From Clostridiales bacterium (lineage in GTDB: Bacteria > Bacillota > Clostridia > Peptostreptococcales > Anaerovoracaceae): a stretch of DNA of 64,000 nucleotides. The position numbers and the translations under genes were made by a program. The notes beneath the pieces were generated by a model, which saw only the letters and a program-made list of their open reading frames with translations, had not been told where the DNA came from and ran no database searches. The stretch lies in assembly GCA_022773945.1 (NCBI GenBank), contig JALFNS010000018.1, positions 2,960 to 66,959 on the forward strand. The letters are read 5' to 3'. Shown piece by piece: positions 40,266 through 49,228 of this stretch. Position 1 is the first letter of the stretch. Every line of letters starts with the position of its first letter.

Positions 40266-42476
40266 ATGAGCGATACTGTTCAGTACGTAACTTGCGGACA
40301 GATGAAAGAACTTGAAGAGAAGGCGGACGGCGCCGGGCTCTCCTACTATCAGATGATGGAGAACGCGGGCGGTGCAGCTGCCGAATATATAACGGAACAC
40401 TGGGACAAATGCAGCGTCGAGGTTTTTTGCGGCAAAGGCAACAACGGAGGCGACGGTTTTGTTGTGGCGAGGAAGCTTTACGTTTCCGGCTACAATGTCA
40501 CTGTGATTCTCGTTGACGGGGAGCCGGTGACACCTGATGCCATAATCAACTACGAGCTGGTGCAGAGGCTGCCTGTCGAGATTGTGGACATGAGCGATCC
40601 GGGCGGATACATGAGCCTCTTCAGCGAGGCGCCCCATCTCATAGTGGATGCCGTATACGGTACCGGATTCAGAGGCCACCTGCAGGATAACGGCCTCAAA
40701 GCCGCCATGTACATAAACAAGCACAAGTCGCTGGGAACCAGGATCATATCTCTGGACATCCCTTCGGGTCTGGGTGGCGACATGATGGAGATAGAGCCGG
40801 AATGCGGCGATGCGGTCAGAGCGGATGTGACGATTGCTTTTCATGCAGGCAAGCCGGTTCATCTGGCAGACGGTGCGGATGCTTTCTGCGGCGAGACGGT
40901 AATCGCGGACATCGGCATCGATGAAGCAATTGAAGCGGCTGAAGCGGCACTCGAGGAGGTGCAAAATCCCGAAGAACCGCTGCCGGCGGAGGAACCTGCG
41001 GAGGCTGAGCCCGTTGAGGAAGAGGCCGGCGAAGAGCCTGATCCGGAAGAGCCGGAACCGGCAGAAACGGAAACCCCGGCTGTGGACAGAAAGAAGCTTA
41101 AGAAGCTGGAGGAAATCCTGGACGGCTACGGCAGTATGCTTCTGGCCCTTTCGGGCGGAGTAGACAGCGTATTTCTCCTGGCCTTCGCCTACAGACACTG
41201 GGGAGACGACAGAATCGCCGCGGTTACGGCGACAGGCCCTTACTTCGACAAGGAGGAGGTCGAGTATGCCCGTGAAATCTGCAGCAGACTGGGAATAAGC
41301 CACAAGATATTTGATGCGGGATATGTCCTCGACATGGTAAAGGACAATCCTGAAGACAGATGCTACTGCTGCAAGAGGGAGATATTCTCCGCAGTGAGAA
41401 GCATGGCCCGTATGGCGGGAAGCACTGCCGCCGACGGAACCAACGTTGATGATACAGAAGACTACAGGCCGGGATGCAGAGCACTTCAGGAGCTTGAAAT
41501 CGCCAGTCCGCTTCTTGAGGCGGGACTTACCAAGGCGGAGATACGCGAAGCGCTGAAGGAAATCTGCGAAGAGGACAGAGAAATCGGCAAAGCTCTGGAA
41601 TTCACGGAAATGGGACGGCCTGTGAACATATGGGAGAAGCCGGCATTCGCATGTCTGGCGTCGAGGATTCCTTACGGCGAGGAGATAAACGAGAGGAAGC
41701 TTGAAGCCATAAGAATTTCAGAGCAGTGGCTCAAGGTCAGAGGCTTCGATCAGGTGAGAGTCAGATGTCACGAGATTTCAGGCACAACACCTGACGGACA
41801 GCCGGCGGTAATGGCCAGAATAGAGCTTCTGCCTGAGGATATAGAGAGATTCCTCTGCCTCAAGGATGATGCCGAATGGTCCTTCCGCAGGATGGGATTC
41901 AGTTATGTCACACTGGATCTGGGCGGATATGAGAAGGGCAAGATGAACCGGGGCATCCCGGAAGGCACTCCGGCTGCCGCTGCTACTGGGGAGAGACTGC
42001 AGGAGCAGGAGACCGTTGTCAGAGGCAGGTCCGACAGTGAAGCAATGGAGGCTCTTCACAAACAGATAGACGATTTCATCCGGGAGACGGAGAACAGGGA
42101 TTACACCTTCTCCGACCTGGTGGAGATAATAGGCAGACTCAGGGAGCCGGACGGGTGTCCGTGGGACAGAGAGCAGACGCATGAGAGTCTTAAGAAGCAT
42201 CTTGTCGAGGAGGCCAACGAAGCTCTGGAGGCAATAGATGAAGGCGATATGGATCACCTCTGCGAGGAACTGGGAGATGTTCTCCTGCAGGTTGTGCTCC
42301 ACGCGCGCATAGCTTCCGAAGACGGTGCATTCACAATAGACGATGTGATAAGGAAGGAAGCATCCAAGATGGTCAGAAGACATCCTCATGTCTTCGGTGA
42401 CATCAAGGTCGACGGCCTGGAGGAACAGCTTGACCTCTGGGAGGAGATTAAAAAAAGAGAGAAGCTGCTTAAGTGA
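40266..42476 (+). CDS. Tri-domain fusion: NAD(P)H-hydrate epimerase (YjeF_N/NnrE) + LarE-type sulfur transferase + MazG pyrophosphohydrolase
   Basis: NnrE: MENAG, GKGNNGGDG, VDAVYGTG, LDIPSG. LarE: ALSGGVDS, RCYCCK, DGTNVDD, RPG, ACLASRIPYG, VRVR, YVTLDLGGY. MazG: CPWDREQT, EEANE, EELGDVLLQ, RRHPHVF. One uninterrupted frame with RBS GGAGG. Confidence 0.88.
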   Translation: MSDTVQYVTCGQMKELEEKADGAGLSYYQMMENAGGAAAEYITEHWDKCSVEVFCGKGNNGGDGFVVARKLYVSGYNVTVILVDGEPVTPDAIINYELVQRLPVEIVDMSDPGGYMSLFSEAPHLIVDAVYGTGFRGHLQDNGLKAAMYINKHKSLGTRIISLDIPSGLGGDMMEIEPECGDAVRADVTIAFHAGKPVHLADGADAFCGETVIADIGIDEAIEAAEAALEEVQNPEEPLPAEEPAEAEPVEEEAGEEPDPEEPEPAETETPAVDRKKLKKLEEILDGYGSMLLALSGGVDSVFLLAFAYRHWGDDRIAAVTATGPYFDKEEVEYAREICSRLGISHKIFDAGYVLDMVKDNPEDRCYCCKREIFSAVRSMARMAGSTAADGTNVDDTEDYRPGCRALQELEIASPLLEAGLTKAEIREALKEICEEDREIGKALEFTEMGRPVNIWEKPAFACLASRIPYGEEINERKLEAIRISEQWLKVRGFDQVRVRCHEISGTTPDGQPAVMARIELLPEDIERFLCLKDDAEWSFRRMGFSYVTLDLGGYEKGKMNRGIPEGTPAAAATGERLQEQETVVRGRSDSEAMEALHKQIDDFIRETENRDYTFSDLVEIIGRLREPDGCPWDREQTHESLKKHLVEEANEALEAIDEGDMDHLCEELGDVLLQVVLHARIASEDGAFTIDDVIRKEASKMVRRHPHVFGDIKVDGLEEQLDLWEEIKKREKLLK

Positions 42477-42490
42477 TGATTCACTGTGAA

Positions 42491-42531
42491 AAGAAGCTGC
42501 CGTGACGGCACAGCCGTCGCGGCAGCTTCTT
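42491..42531. terminator. Bidirectional terminator between convergent genes
   Basis: AAGAAGCTGCCGTGACGGC-ACA-GCCGTCGCGGCAGCTTCTT. Confidence 0.8.
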
Positions 42532-42564
42532 TCGTAAGAAGAGATTTATATAATGAGGTAATTG

Positions 42565-43491
42565 CTATAGTTTGTCCGGCTGTTTAGTCGGCAGGTTGGC
42601 AACGACTATGGCGGCGAACATGAGAACGCAGCCCACAACCTCTCTGACGGACATCATCTCGCCCAGGATAATCATGCCGGCGATGAGCGCGAACACTGAC
42701 TCCAGGCAGAGTATCATGGAAGCGACCGTCGGATCGGCATCCTTCTGGGCAACTATCTGCAGGGTGTATGCCACGCCGCAGGAGAGCACGCCCGAGTAGA
42801 GGATCGGCAGCCATGAGCCGATGACCGTTGATACTGTAGGCAGGTCGAAGCCCAGAGCCGAGTCAACGGGTGCCATGAAGATGAGGGACAGGATTCCCGC
42901 TACGAAAAACTGTATGCAGGACATCTTGGTTCCGTCCACCTTCGGGGAGAAGTAGTCGATAACCAGAATGTGCACGGCGAAGAGCACGGCGCACAGGAGG
43001 ATTATCAGGTCTCCCTTATTGACATGTCCGAAGCCGGAGGCCGGTATGCACAGCAGATACAGGCCTACTGCCGAGGCCGCCACGCAGCACCATATCACCA
43101 GAGGAACTCTCTTCTTCAGGAAGAGTCCCAGCAGCGGAACGATTACCACGTACATAGCTGTGATGAAGCCTGAGTGACTTACGGATGTATAGAATATGCC
43201 TATCTGCTGAACGTTCCCCGCCAGACAGAGAACCAGGCCGCAGCATACGCCGCCGATTATGAGAAGCTTCTTCTCGGTCTTCTTCTCTTCAGGTGTTCTT
43301 GTATCCTCACCCTTCTTACCGTTGAGAAGAAGAATGACAGGAATCAGAACCAGGGCGCCGATCAGTGTACGTATACCGTTGAAGGCGAGAGGTCCGATAA
43401 GATCCATTCCCTCCTTCTGGGCCACGAAGGACGTACCCCATATGAGAGCTGTCAGCATAAGCAGTGCATCACTTTTGAGTTTTTTACCCAT
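42565..43491 (-). CDS. DMT/EamA family transporter
   Basis: ALIWGTSFVAQK, GFITAMYVV and LESVFA motifs; ten hydrophobic segments. Confidence 0.9.
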   Translation of the reverse strand: MGKKLKSDALLMLTALIWGTSFVAQKEGMDLIGPLAFNGIRTLIGALVLIPVILLLNGKKGEDTRTPEEKKTEKKLLIIGGVCCGLVLCLAGNVQQIGIFYTSVSHSGFITAMYVVIVPLLGLFLKKRVPLVIWCCVAASAVGLYLLCIPASGFGHVNKGDLIILLCAVLFAVHILVIDYFSPKVDGTKMSCIQFFVAGILSLIFMAPVDSALGFDLPTVSTVIGSWLPILYSGVLSCGVAYTLQIVAQKDADPTVASMILCLESVFALIAGMIILGEMMSVREVVGCVLMFAAIVVANLPTKQPDKL

Positions 43492-43510
43492 GTTACCTCC
43501 GTTCGGGTTT

Positions 43511-44725
43511 TTATATGAGGGCTTCTGCCCCGAGAATTTTCACTGTCTTGTGTATTCTGGAGAAGATCATCATCTCCAGCAGCCCTTCCGGACTCTTGTC
43601 CGCATTCATAAGCTCTCTGATTCGCGAAAGCCTGTAGCGCACCGTGTTGGGATGCTGATACAGTCTGGAAGCTGTGAGCTTGACATCCAGAAGGCTGTCC
43701 GTGTATGCCATGAGAGTGTCCGTGAGAGCCGAATCGTGAGTATTGTCGTATTCCGTGAGCCTGTCAAGGCGGCTTCTGTAAAACTCCCTGTAGGCTTCCG
43801 TTCTGAAGAAGGGAACCAGAACCATGTCGGAACCCGTATCCTCGAACCTGCAGAAAGCCTCATTCTCCAGAACACCGTGAACCGCGGCGGTCATGGATTC
43901 GCTTATAGCCTCCCGCATGGAGCCCAGCCCTCTTCGCGGTGAGGATATTCCCACAGCGAAATCTCTCTGATTTGTGTTGAATTCCTTAAGCACTTCCCCG
44001 GCGCGCAGAATCGCATCTGTATCCTCTCGTTCCGGGAATTTGCTCGTGTGTATAATCACTATGCATTTCTCGCAGCGAATCAGGGAATCGTGGGAATCCG
44101 GATTGTGCATCTGCCCGGAGAAAGTTTTCCTGTAGCCCGCCAGAGCTCTGTCCAGAGCCTCGCGAAAGGCGTCCTCTCCGTAGCCGCATCCCAGAGGGAT
44201 ACAGCAAAGGCACCTGATGTTGTTATAGAAGAGCGGATTCAGATTCCGGGCTGCAGTCACCAGATTCTCCTCCTTCTCTCCCATGAGTCTCTTGAGACAG
44301 TCCAAGGCGATGGTGTTGGAGTCCTTCGCCAGAAGACTGCTTCTCACGGTGAAAATCAGGTCTTCCAGATATGTGTCGCTGTAGGTGAGAAGGGGAATCT
44401 TAAGCTTGTCCGCCATGGTTATAAGCCGCTCCGGGAGAATATCCCGAAGGGACATGCTCTTGTCCGCCAGCTTGAAGGATACGGCAGAGACACCTAGTCT
44501 CAGGAGGGCCTCAACCCCCGCGTCGCCTTTGCTACGGTTGCTGTCCTGCATGTACAGGGTTGTGAACACCATGTCACCTCGCGAAAACGTCTCGTAGATG
44601 TCTTCGGGATCTTCCCACTCGAGAATACCAACGCCTTCAATCTCGTTGTATATGCCCTCTCCGGAATTCTCAAGTCTGAATCCGGCGAAGATGGGAAGTG
44701 CCAGCAGATCCACCACTCTCAGCAT
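43511..44725 (-). CDS. PucR-family transcriptional regulator
   Basis: N-terminal PucR sensor (GVGILEWE..GDMVFTT), central GGDEF-like region, C-terminal LYQHPNTVRYRLSRI HTH. Start at MLRVVD after an AAGGAGG RBS. Confidence 0.85.
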   Translation of the reverse strand: MLRVVDLLALPIFAGFRLENSGEGIYNEIEGVGILEWEDPEDIYETFSRGDMVFTTLYMQDSNRSKGDAGVEALLRLGVSAVSFKLADKSMSLRDILPERLITMADKLKIPLLTYSDTYLEDLIFTVRSSLLAKDSNTIALDCLKRLMGEKEENLVTAARNLNPLFYNNIRCLCCIPLGCGYGEDAFREALDRALAGYRKTFSGQMHNPDSHDSLIRCEKCIVIIHTSKFPEREDTDAILRAGEVLKEFNTNQRDFAVGISSPRRGLGSMREAISESMTAAVHGVLENEAFCRFEDTGSDMVLVPFFRTEAYREFYRSRLDRLTEYDNTHDSALTDTLMAYTDSLLDVKLTASRLYQHPNTVRYRLSRIRELMNADKSPEGLLEMMIFSRIHKTVKILGAEALI

Positions 44726-44802
44726 AGTTCTTTCCTCCTTAAGTAAACCACAAGTATATACTATCATGCCATGGTAAAAAATACAAAAAAATATAAATCC
44801 AA

Positions 44803-44831
44803 TTGTAAACAATACAGACACATTCTATAAT
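44803..44831 (+). promoter_or_regulatory. Sigma-A promoter of the cobamide operon (leaderless)
   Basis: TTGTAA-17bp-TATAAT, then 6 nt to the ATG at 44838; no SD sequence. Confidence 0.6.
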
Positions 44832-44837
44832 GTATCT

Positions 44838-45608
44838 ATGATGAATATGAAAGACAGAATATATATAGCCACGATGAGTGAAAACTGGCGTTATATTGCG
44901 GAGGAATACGGTCTGAAGTTGGAGCTTGATCACTTCTGTCAGGCTCAGAACATGGACGGAGAGCAGGGGGAGAAAACCCTCGCCGAGGTGCGGAATCTGA
45001 CGGGAGACGGCGGATTTGGCGCCGCGGTGCTTCACGGTCCCTTTAACGAGCTCTTCCCGGCGGCGATAGATCCGCAGGCCAGAGCGCTGGCGATGAACAG
45101 GCTGAATCAGGCGGCGAATACAGCCGTGGATCTGGGAATCAGGAAGATGGTTGTCCACTCGGGATACATTCCCTTCGTATATTTCAGGGAATGGCACAGG
45201 GACAGATCCATCGAGTTCTGGCGGGAGTTCATGGAAGACAAGCCGGCGGATTTCATTCTGACCATCGAGAACGTGCTGGATGAGGATCCGTATACGATGG
45301 CTGAGATCGCGGAGGGCATCGGTGATGAGCGTGTGGGACTCTGTCTCGACGTGGGTCACGCCAATGTGGTGTCAGAGCTTGATATAGAGGAATGGATACG
45401 TGTCTTCGGACCTCATCTGAAGCATGTCCATCTCCACAACAACGACGGAAGCGGGGATTATCACGATGAAGTGTTCCGGGGAGAACTGCCTGCGGAGAGG
45501 CTCATGGAGATATTCTCGGGAAGTGATTTCAACGATACCGGCATTACCCTGGAGGTTATTCAGGGAAGGGAATCAGCACGCTGGCTGCACGAAAGAGGGT
45601 ACATATGA
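44838..45608 (+). CDS. AP endonuclease 2 / xylose-isomerase-like TIM-barrel protein; candidate cobamide remodelling enzyme CbiR
   Basis: LHGPF, VVHSG, IENV, CLDVGH, HVHLHNNDG..DYH and TLEV metal motifs; stop overlaps the cobT start. Confidence 0.7.
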   Translation: MMNMKDRIYIATMSENWRYIAEEYGLKLELDHFCQAQNMDGEQGEKTLAEVRNLTGDGGFGAAVLHGPFNELFPAAIDPQARALAMNRLNQAANTAVDLGIRKMVVHSGYIPFVYFREWHRDRSIEFWREFMEDKPADFILTIENVLDEDPYTMAEIAEGIGDERVGLCLDVGHANVVSELDIEEWIRVFGPHLKHVHLHNNDGSGDYHDEVFRGELPAERLMEIFSGSDFNDTGITLEVIQGRESARWLHERGYI

Positions 45609-46759
45609 TAAGAGAAACTGCGGGAAGGATAAGACCTGCCGACAAGGATATAATGGAAAAGGCGCGACAGAGACAGGAGTCGCTGGCCAAGCCTCCCGGA
45701 AGTCTGGGAGGTCTGGAGGAAATCTCCATAAGAGTGGCGGGCATGACCGGCCGCGTTATCAACAGAATAGAGAGAGGCTGCGTCGCAGTGTTCTGTGCGG
45801 ACAACGGTGTGGCCGCCGAAGGAGTGGCATCGGCACCTCAGAGTGTGACCATGGCTCAGACGGTGAACTTTACCAGGCGGCTGACGGGAGTGGGTGCACT
45901 GGCCGAGTCCTTCGGCAGCGAACTGCTCATAGTGGATATGGGCGTCAAGGACCCCATACCGGCAGAGCTCTACTGCAGCGAGCCTCTGGAGGATACACAT
46001 AAGATAGTGAACAGGCGCATACGTCTGGCAAAAGGTGAGACGGGAAACATAGCCACAGGGCCTGCAATGACGAGAGAAGAGGCGGAAGCTTCTCTGGCGG
46101 CCGGAGTTGAGATGGCAGATGCCATCAGGGACGCCGGTTATGATATTATGGGTATAGGCGAGATGGGAATAGGCAATACCACGACAAGCGCCGCGGTGCT
46201 CTCGGCTGTCACGGGACTCACCTCGGAGGAGACGGTGGGCCGCGGCGGCGGCGTCAATGACGAAGGCTTCCGGAGGAAGAAAGAAATTGTGGATTTTGCA
46301 GCGGCGGAATATGTGAACCGGGGCGGTATACTTAAATCTTCCGAGGACCCGGCAGAAGACATGGTTGAAGCGCTGGCCCGCATGGGCGGCTTCGATCTCT
46401 GTGCCATGACGGGAGCCTATCTGGGTGCGGCGGCGAACAGAATGCCCGTCGTGATAGACGGGTACATATCCGTGGTGGCCGCACTGGCTGCCCGGGTGAT
46501 AAATCCGGATGCGGCGGACTACATGATAGCGTCTCATAAATCCTGGGAAAAAGGCTATTCCCGGGCTGTGGAGATTCTGGGACTCAAGCCTTTTCTCGCT
46601 CTGGACATGCGTCTGGGAGAGGGCAGCGGATGCCCCGTGGCTTTCAGGATTATCAGAGGCGCCTGCGATGTCATGGCTAATATGGCAACCTTCAGTGAAG
46701 CGGCTATTAACGATGAGTATCTGGAGGAAATACGTGCGAAGGACAGTTACAGAAGGTAG
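45605..46759 (+). CDS. cobT: Nicotinate-nucleotide--dimethylbenzimidazole phosphoribosyltransferase
   Basis: LAKPPGSLGGLE, VFCADNGV, GEMGIGNTT, VIDGYIS and MRLGEGSG motifs. Confidence 0.95.
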   Translation: MIRETAGRIRPADKDIMEKARQRQESLAKPPGSLGGLEEISIRVAGMTGRVINRIERGCVAVFCADNGVAAEGVASAPQSVTMAQTVNFTRRLTGVGALAESFGSELLIVDMGVKDPIPAELYCSEPLEDTHKIVNRRIRLAKGETGNIATGPAMTREEAEASLAAGVEMADAIRDAGYDIMGIGEMGIGNTTTSAAVLSAVTGLTSEETVGRGGGVNDEGFRRKKEIVDFAAAEYVNRGGILKSSEDPAEDMVEALARMGGFDLCAMTGAYLGAAANRMPVVIDGYISVVAALAARVINPDAADYMIASHKSWEKGYSRAVEILGLKPFLALDMRLGEGSGCPVAFRIIRGACDVMANMATFSEAAINDEYLEEIRAKDSYRR

Positions 46760-46765
46760 TTATCG

Positions 46766-47296
46766 ATGAATGTATTTATAAGCGGCGGCTGCAAAAACGG
46801 TAAGTCATATCAGGCTCAGCGTATCGCCCGGGATCAGGCCCGGGGCGGGGATCTCTACTATGTGGCCACGATGATTCCCGGAGATGATGAGGATCTGAAG
46901 CGAATTGCACGTCACCTGCGTGAACGTGAGGGCTGGGGATTCACAACTCTGGAGCGGCCTGTGAATATACTGGAGCTGACTGAGCGGCCCGATGTGAATC
47001 TCGGCGGCTCATTTCTCGTGGACAGCGTCACCGCCATTCTTCAGAATGAGATGTTCACCCCAGAAGGAGAGATGGATGGGGAGGCACCGGAGCGGGTGGC
47101 GCGGGACATGGTGCGCTTCGCCGAAATGACGGGCAATACGGTGTTTGTATCCGACTATATATACGGAGATCTGGGAATGTACAGCGAGTCCACGGAGGAG
47201 TACAGGTGCGGACTGGCCGCTGTGGACAGGGCTCTCGCCGCGGCATGCGACAGGGTGATTGAGATATCCTACGGCACGGAGGAAGTCTGGAAATGA
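46766..47296 (+). CDS. cobU: Adenosylcobinamide kinase/phosphate guanylyltransferase
   Basis: SGGCKNGKS, YYVATM, RIARH and LVDSVT motifs. Confidence 0.85.
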   Translation: MNVFISGGCKNGKSYQAQRIARDQARGGDLYYVATMIPGDDEDLKRIARHLREREGWGFTTLERPVNILELTERPDVNLGGSFLVDSVTAILQNEMFTPEGEMDGEAPERVARDMVRFAEMTGNTVFVSDYIYGDLGMYSESTEEYRCGLAAVDRALAAACDRVIEISYGTEEVWK

Positions 47297-48069
47297 AATA
47301 TATAAGAGGTTTTTTAATGGCCTGGGGGATGTTCTGCTGGATTCCATGCCCCTACAGGCAGTGGCGCATGGAGGACCGGCGGGCCCAGATAGGGATGCTG
47401 CCTCTGGTGGGGCTTTTAATGGGTGTGATTCTCTGCGTCCTCTGGAAGCTCATGCTTATGTTTGTCAGCGTGGGGCCGGTGCTGGCGGGAGTGCTTCTGA
47501 CGGGAGCGTATTTCCTCATGACCGGGTTCATTCACCTGGACGGCTTCATGGACTGCAGCGACGCCATCATGCCGAGGCATCCGTCCCTGGAGGAAAGACG
47601 CAGAATCCTGAAGGATTCCCATTCGGGAGCCTTCGCTTTGATCTGCGCCGTAATTCTCTTCATGGTTTTCGCGGCCTCCCTGGGGGAGGTATATGAAAGC
47701 GCCGGGTTGCCGCTCTTCGCGGCGGTGGTGTGCGTGCTCACCTGTTCGAGAACTGTGAGCGCCGTATCCGTGCTGGTATGCAGACCCATGGAGACAAGTC
47801 AGTATGTGCAGACTCAGGGGAGAGGCCGGGAAACGGCAGCTCCGGTAATAACAGCCGCCCTGGCGGTGGCTTTGAGCCTTTGCGCGGTACGGGGGACTGC
47901 GGGTGACATGCTCCTCGTGATTCTGCCGGCGGCGGTGACGGTGGCGGCAGCGCTGGTTGCGGGATTTTATGACAGGAAGAAGCTTGAGGGAATGAACGGA
48001 GATATATCCGGTCACATGATAACCCTCTCGGAAATGGCCGGAATTCTCACGGCCGCGTTGATGATATAA
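47293..48069 (+). CDS. cobS: Adenosylcobinamide-GDP ribazoletransferase
   Basis: TGFIHLDGFMDCSDA, ILKDSHSGAF and GMNGDISG motifs; membrane protein. Confidence 0.93.
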   Translation: MKYIRGFLMAWGMFCWIPCPYRQWRMEDRRAQIGMLPLVGLLMGVILCVLWKLMLMFVSVGPVLAGVLLTGAYFLMTGFIHLDGFMDCSDAIMPRHPSLEERRRILKDSHSGAFALICAVILFMVFAASLGEVYESAGLPLFAAVVCVLTCSRTVSAVSVLVCRPMETSQYVQTQGRGRETAAPVITAALAVALSLCAVRGTAGDMLLVILPAAVTVAAALVAGFYDRKKLEGMNGDISGHMITLSEMAGILTAALMI

Positions 48070-48081
48070 TCAGGAGGTAAG

Positions 48082-48453
48082 ATGATACTTGTATTCGGAG
48101 GCGCCTATCAGGGCAAACTGGATTACGTGAGAGAGAACCTGGTGCAGGGCCGGGAGTGGGACTGCGCAGGCGGGGCGCCGGACTTCAGCGCCGATGTGAT
48201 CTGCGGTGTGGAGAGCTTCGTCATGGACTGCGTTGACAGGGGCACTGAGGCCGCCGATTATTTCAGGGAACACAGAGATGAGTGGATAGGCGATAAGGTG
48301 CTGATTCTGACGGATGCTTCCCAGGGTGTGGTGCCCGTTGAGCGTAGGCTGCGGGATTTCAGGGAGATGAACGGCCGGCTGATGATATATCTGGCCGGTG
48401 AAGCGGATAAGGTAGTGAGAGTATTTTGCGGAATAGGTAAGCAGGTGAAATAA
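48082..48453 (+). CDS. Short CobU/CobP-like protein
   Basis: MILVFGGAYQGKLDY, GVVPVE..RDFRE..GR and LAGEADKVVRVFCGI motifs. Confidence 0.75.
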   Translation: MILVFGGAYQGKLDYVRENLVQGREWDCAGGAPDFSADVICGVESFVMDCVDRGTEAADYFREHRDEWIGDKVLILTDASQGVVPVERRLRDFREMNGRLMIYLAGEADKVVRVFCGIGKQVK

Positions 48454-49085
48454 TGAGCAAAGGCATTAAATCGGAAATCGTTCTCATCAGACACGGAATC
48501 ACAACGGGCAACATTCGCAAACTGTACTACGGCAGCACGGATGTGCCTCTGGCGGACAAAGGCATCAGAGGACTTGAGGAGAACAAGGCTAGCGGTATCT
48601 ACCCCGACGGTGATGCTGCGGATTTTTACACTTCCGGAATGCTCCGCACGGAGCAGACTCTGGAGCTTATCTACGGCGCCAGGGAGCACGTGAAGATTCC
48701 TCAGCTGCGGGAGCTTCACTTCGGTGAGTTCGAGATGAAGAGCTATGACGAGCTGAACAAAGTTCCCGAGTACAGAGCCTGGATCAACTGCGGCGACGAC
48801 ACCATGCCCCCTCCGGGCGGCGAGAGCATCGCTCAATTCACAAAGAGAGCCAGAGAAGGTTTCGACATACTTCGCAATCTTCACGGTCATCGCGTTCTCA
48901 GTCTCAGACACCGTGACGAGGAGGCCAGGAGCATATGCATCTGTCACGGCGGAGTCATCTCCGGCATCATGGCATACATCTGGCCCGGCGAACACAAGAA
49001 CTTCTATCAGTGGATTCCCGACCCGGGACACGGCTACATCCTGACCCTGGACGGCGGAGAGGTTACGGACCGCACCATGTTCTAG
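48453..49085 (+). CDS. cobC: Histidine phosphatase family, probable alpha-ribazole-phosphate phosphatase
   Basis: LIRHGIT, LRELHFGEFE and CHGGVI motifs; last gene of the cob operon. Confidence 0.75.
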   Translation: MSKGIKSEIVLIRHGITTGNIRKLYYGSTDVPLADKGIRGLEENKASGIYPDGDAADFYTSGMLRTEQTLELIYGAREHVKIPQLRELHFGEFEMKSYDELNKVPEYRAWINCGDDTMPPPGGESIAQFTKRAREGFDILRNLHGHRVLSLRHRDEEARSICICHGGVISGIMAYIWPGEHKNFYQWIPDPGHGYILTLDGGEVTDRTMF

Positions 49086-49142
49086 AGCCATCGCGCAAAG
49101 ACCGGAACATGCCGCGGGCAATTGTAGGATAATTTAAAAATT

Positions 49143-49192
49143 AATCCGTAAAAGTACTACAATTTCAAAATTTTGTAGTACTTTTACGGATT
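49143..49192. repeat. Perfect 20-bp inverted repeat between convergent genes
   Basis: AATCCGTAAAAGTACTACAA-10nt-TTGTAGTACTTTTACGGATT. Confidence 0.85.
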
Positions 49193-49228
49193 TTTACTTC
49201 AAAAAACCACTAATTGTAACAAAGATTA

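Noticed and set aside
40215-41303. 362-aa minus-strand ORF
   Set aside because: Antisense shadow of the NnrE-LarE fusion with non-protein-like composition. The same applies to the other long overlapping antisense ORFs (e.g. 45560-46537, 48258-49121, 23995-24867).
44726-44837. Cobalamin riboswitch upstream of the cob operon
   Set aside because: The region is only 112 bp and very AT-rich, lacks B12-box motifs, and the promoter abuts the start codon.
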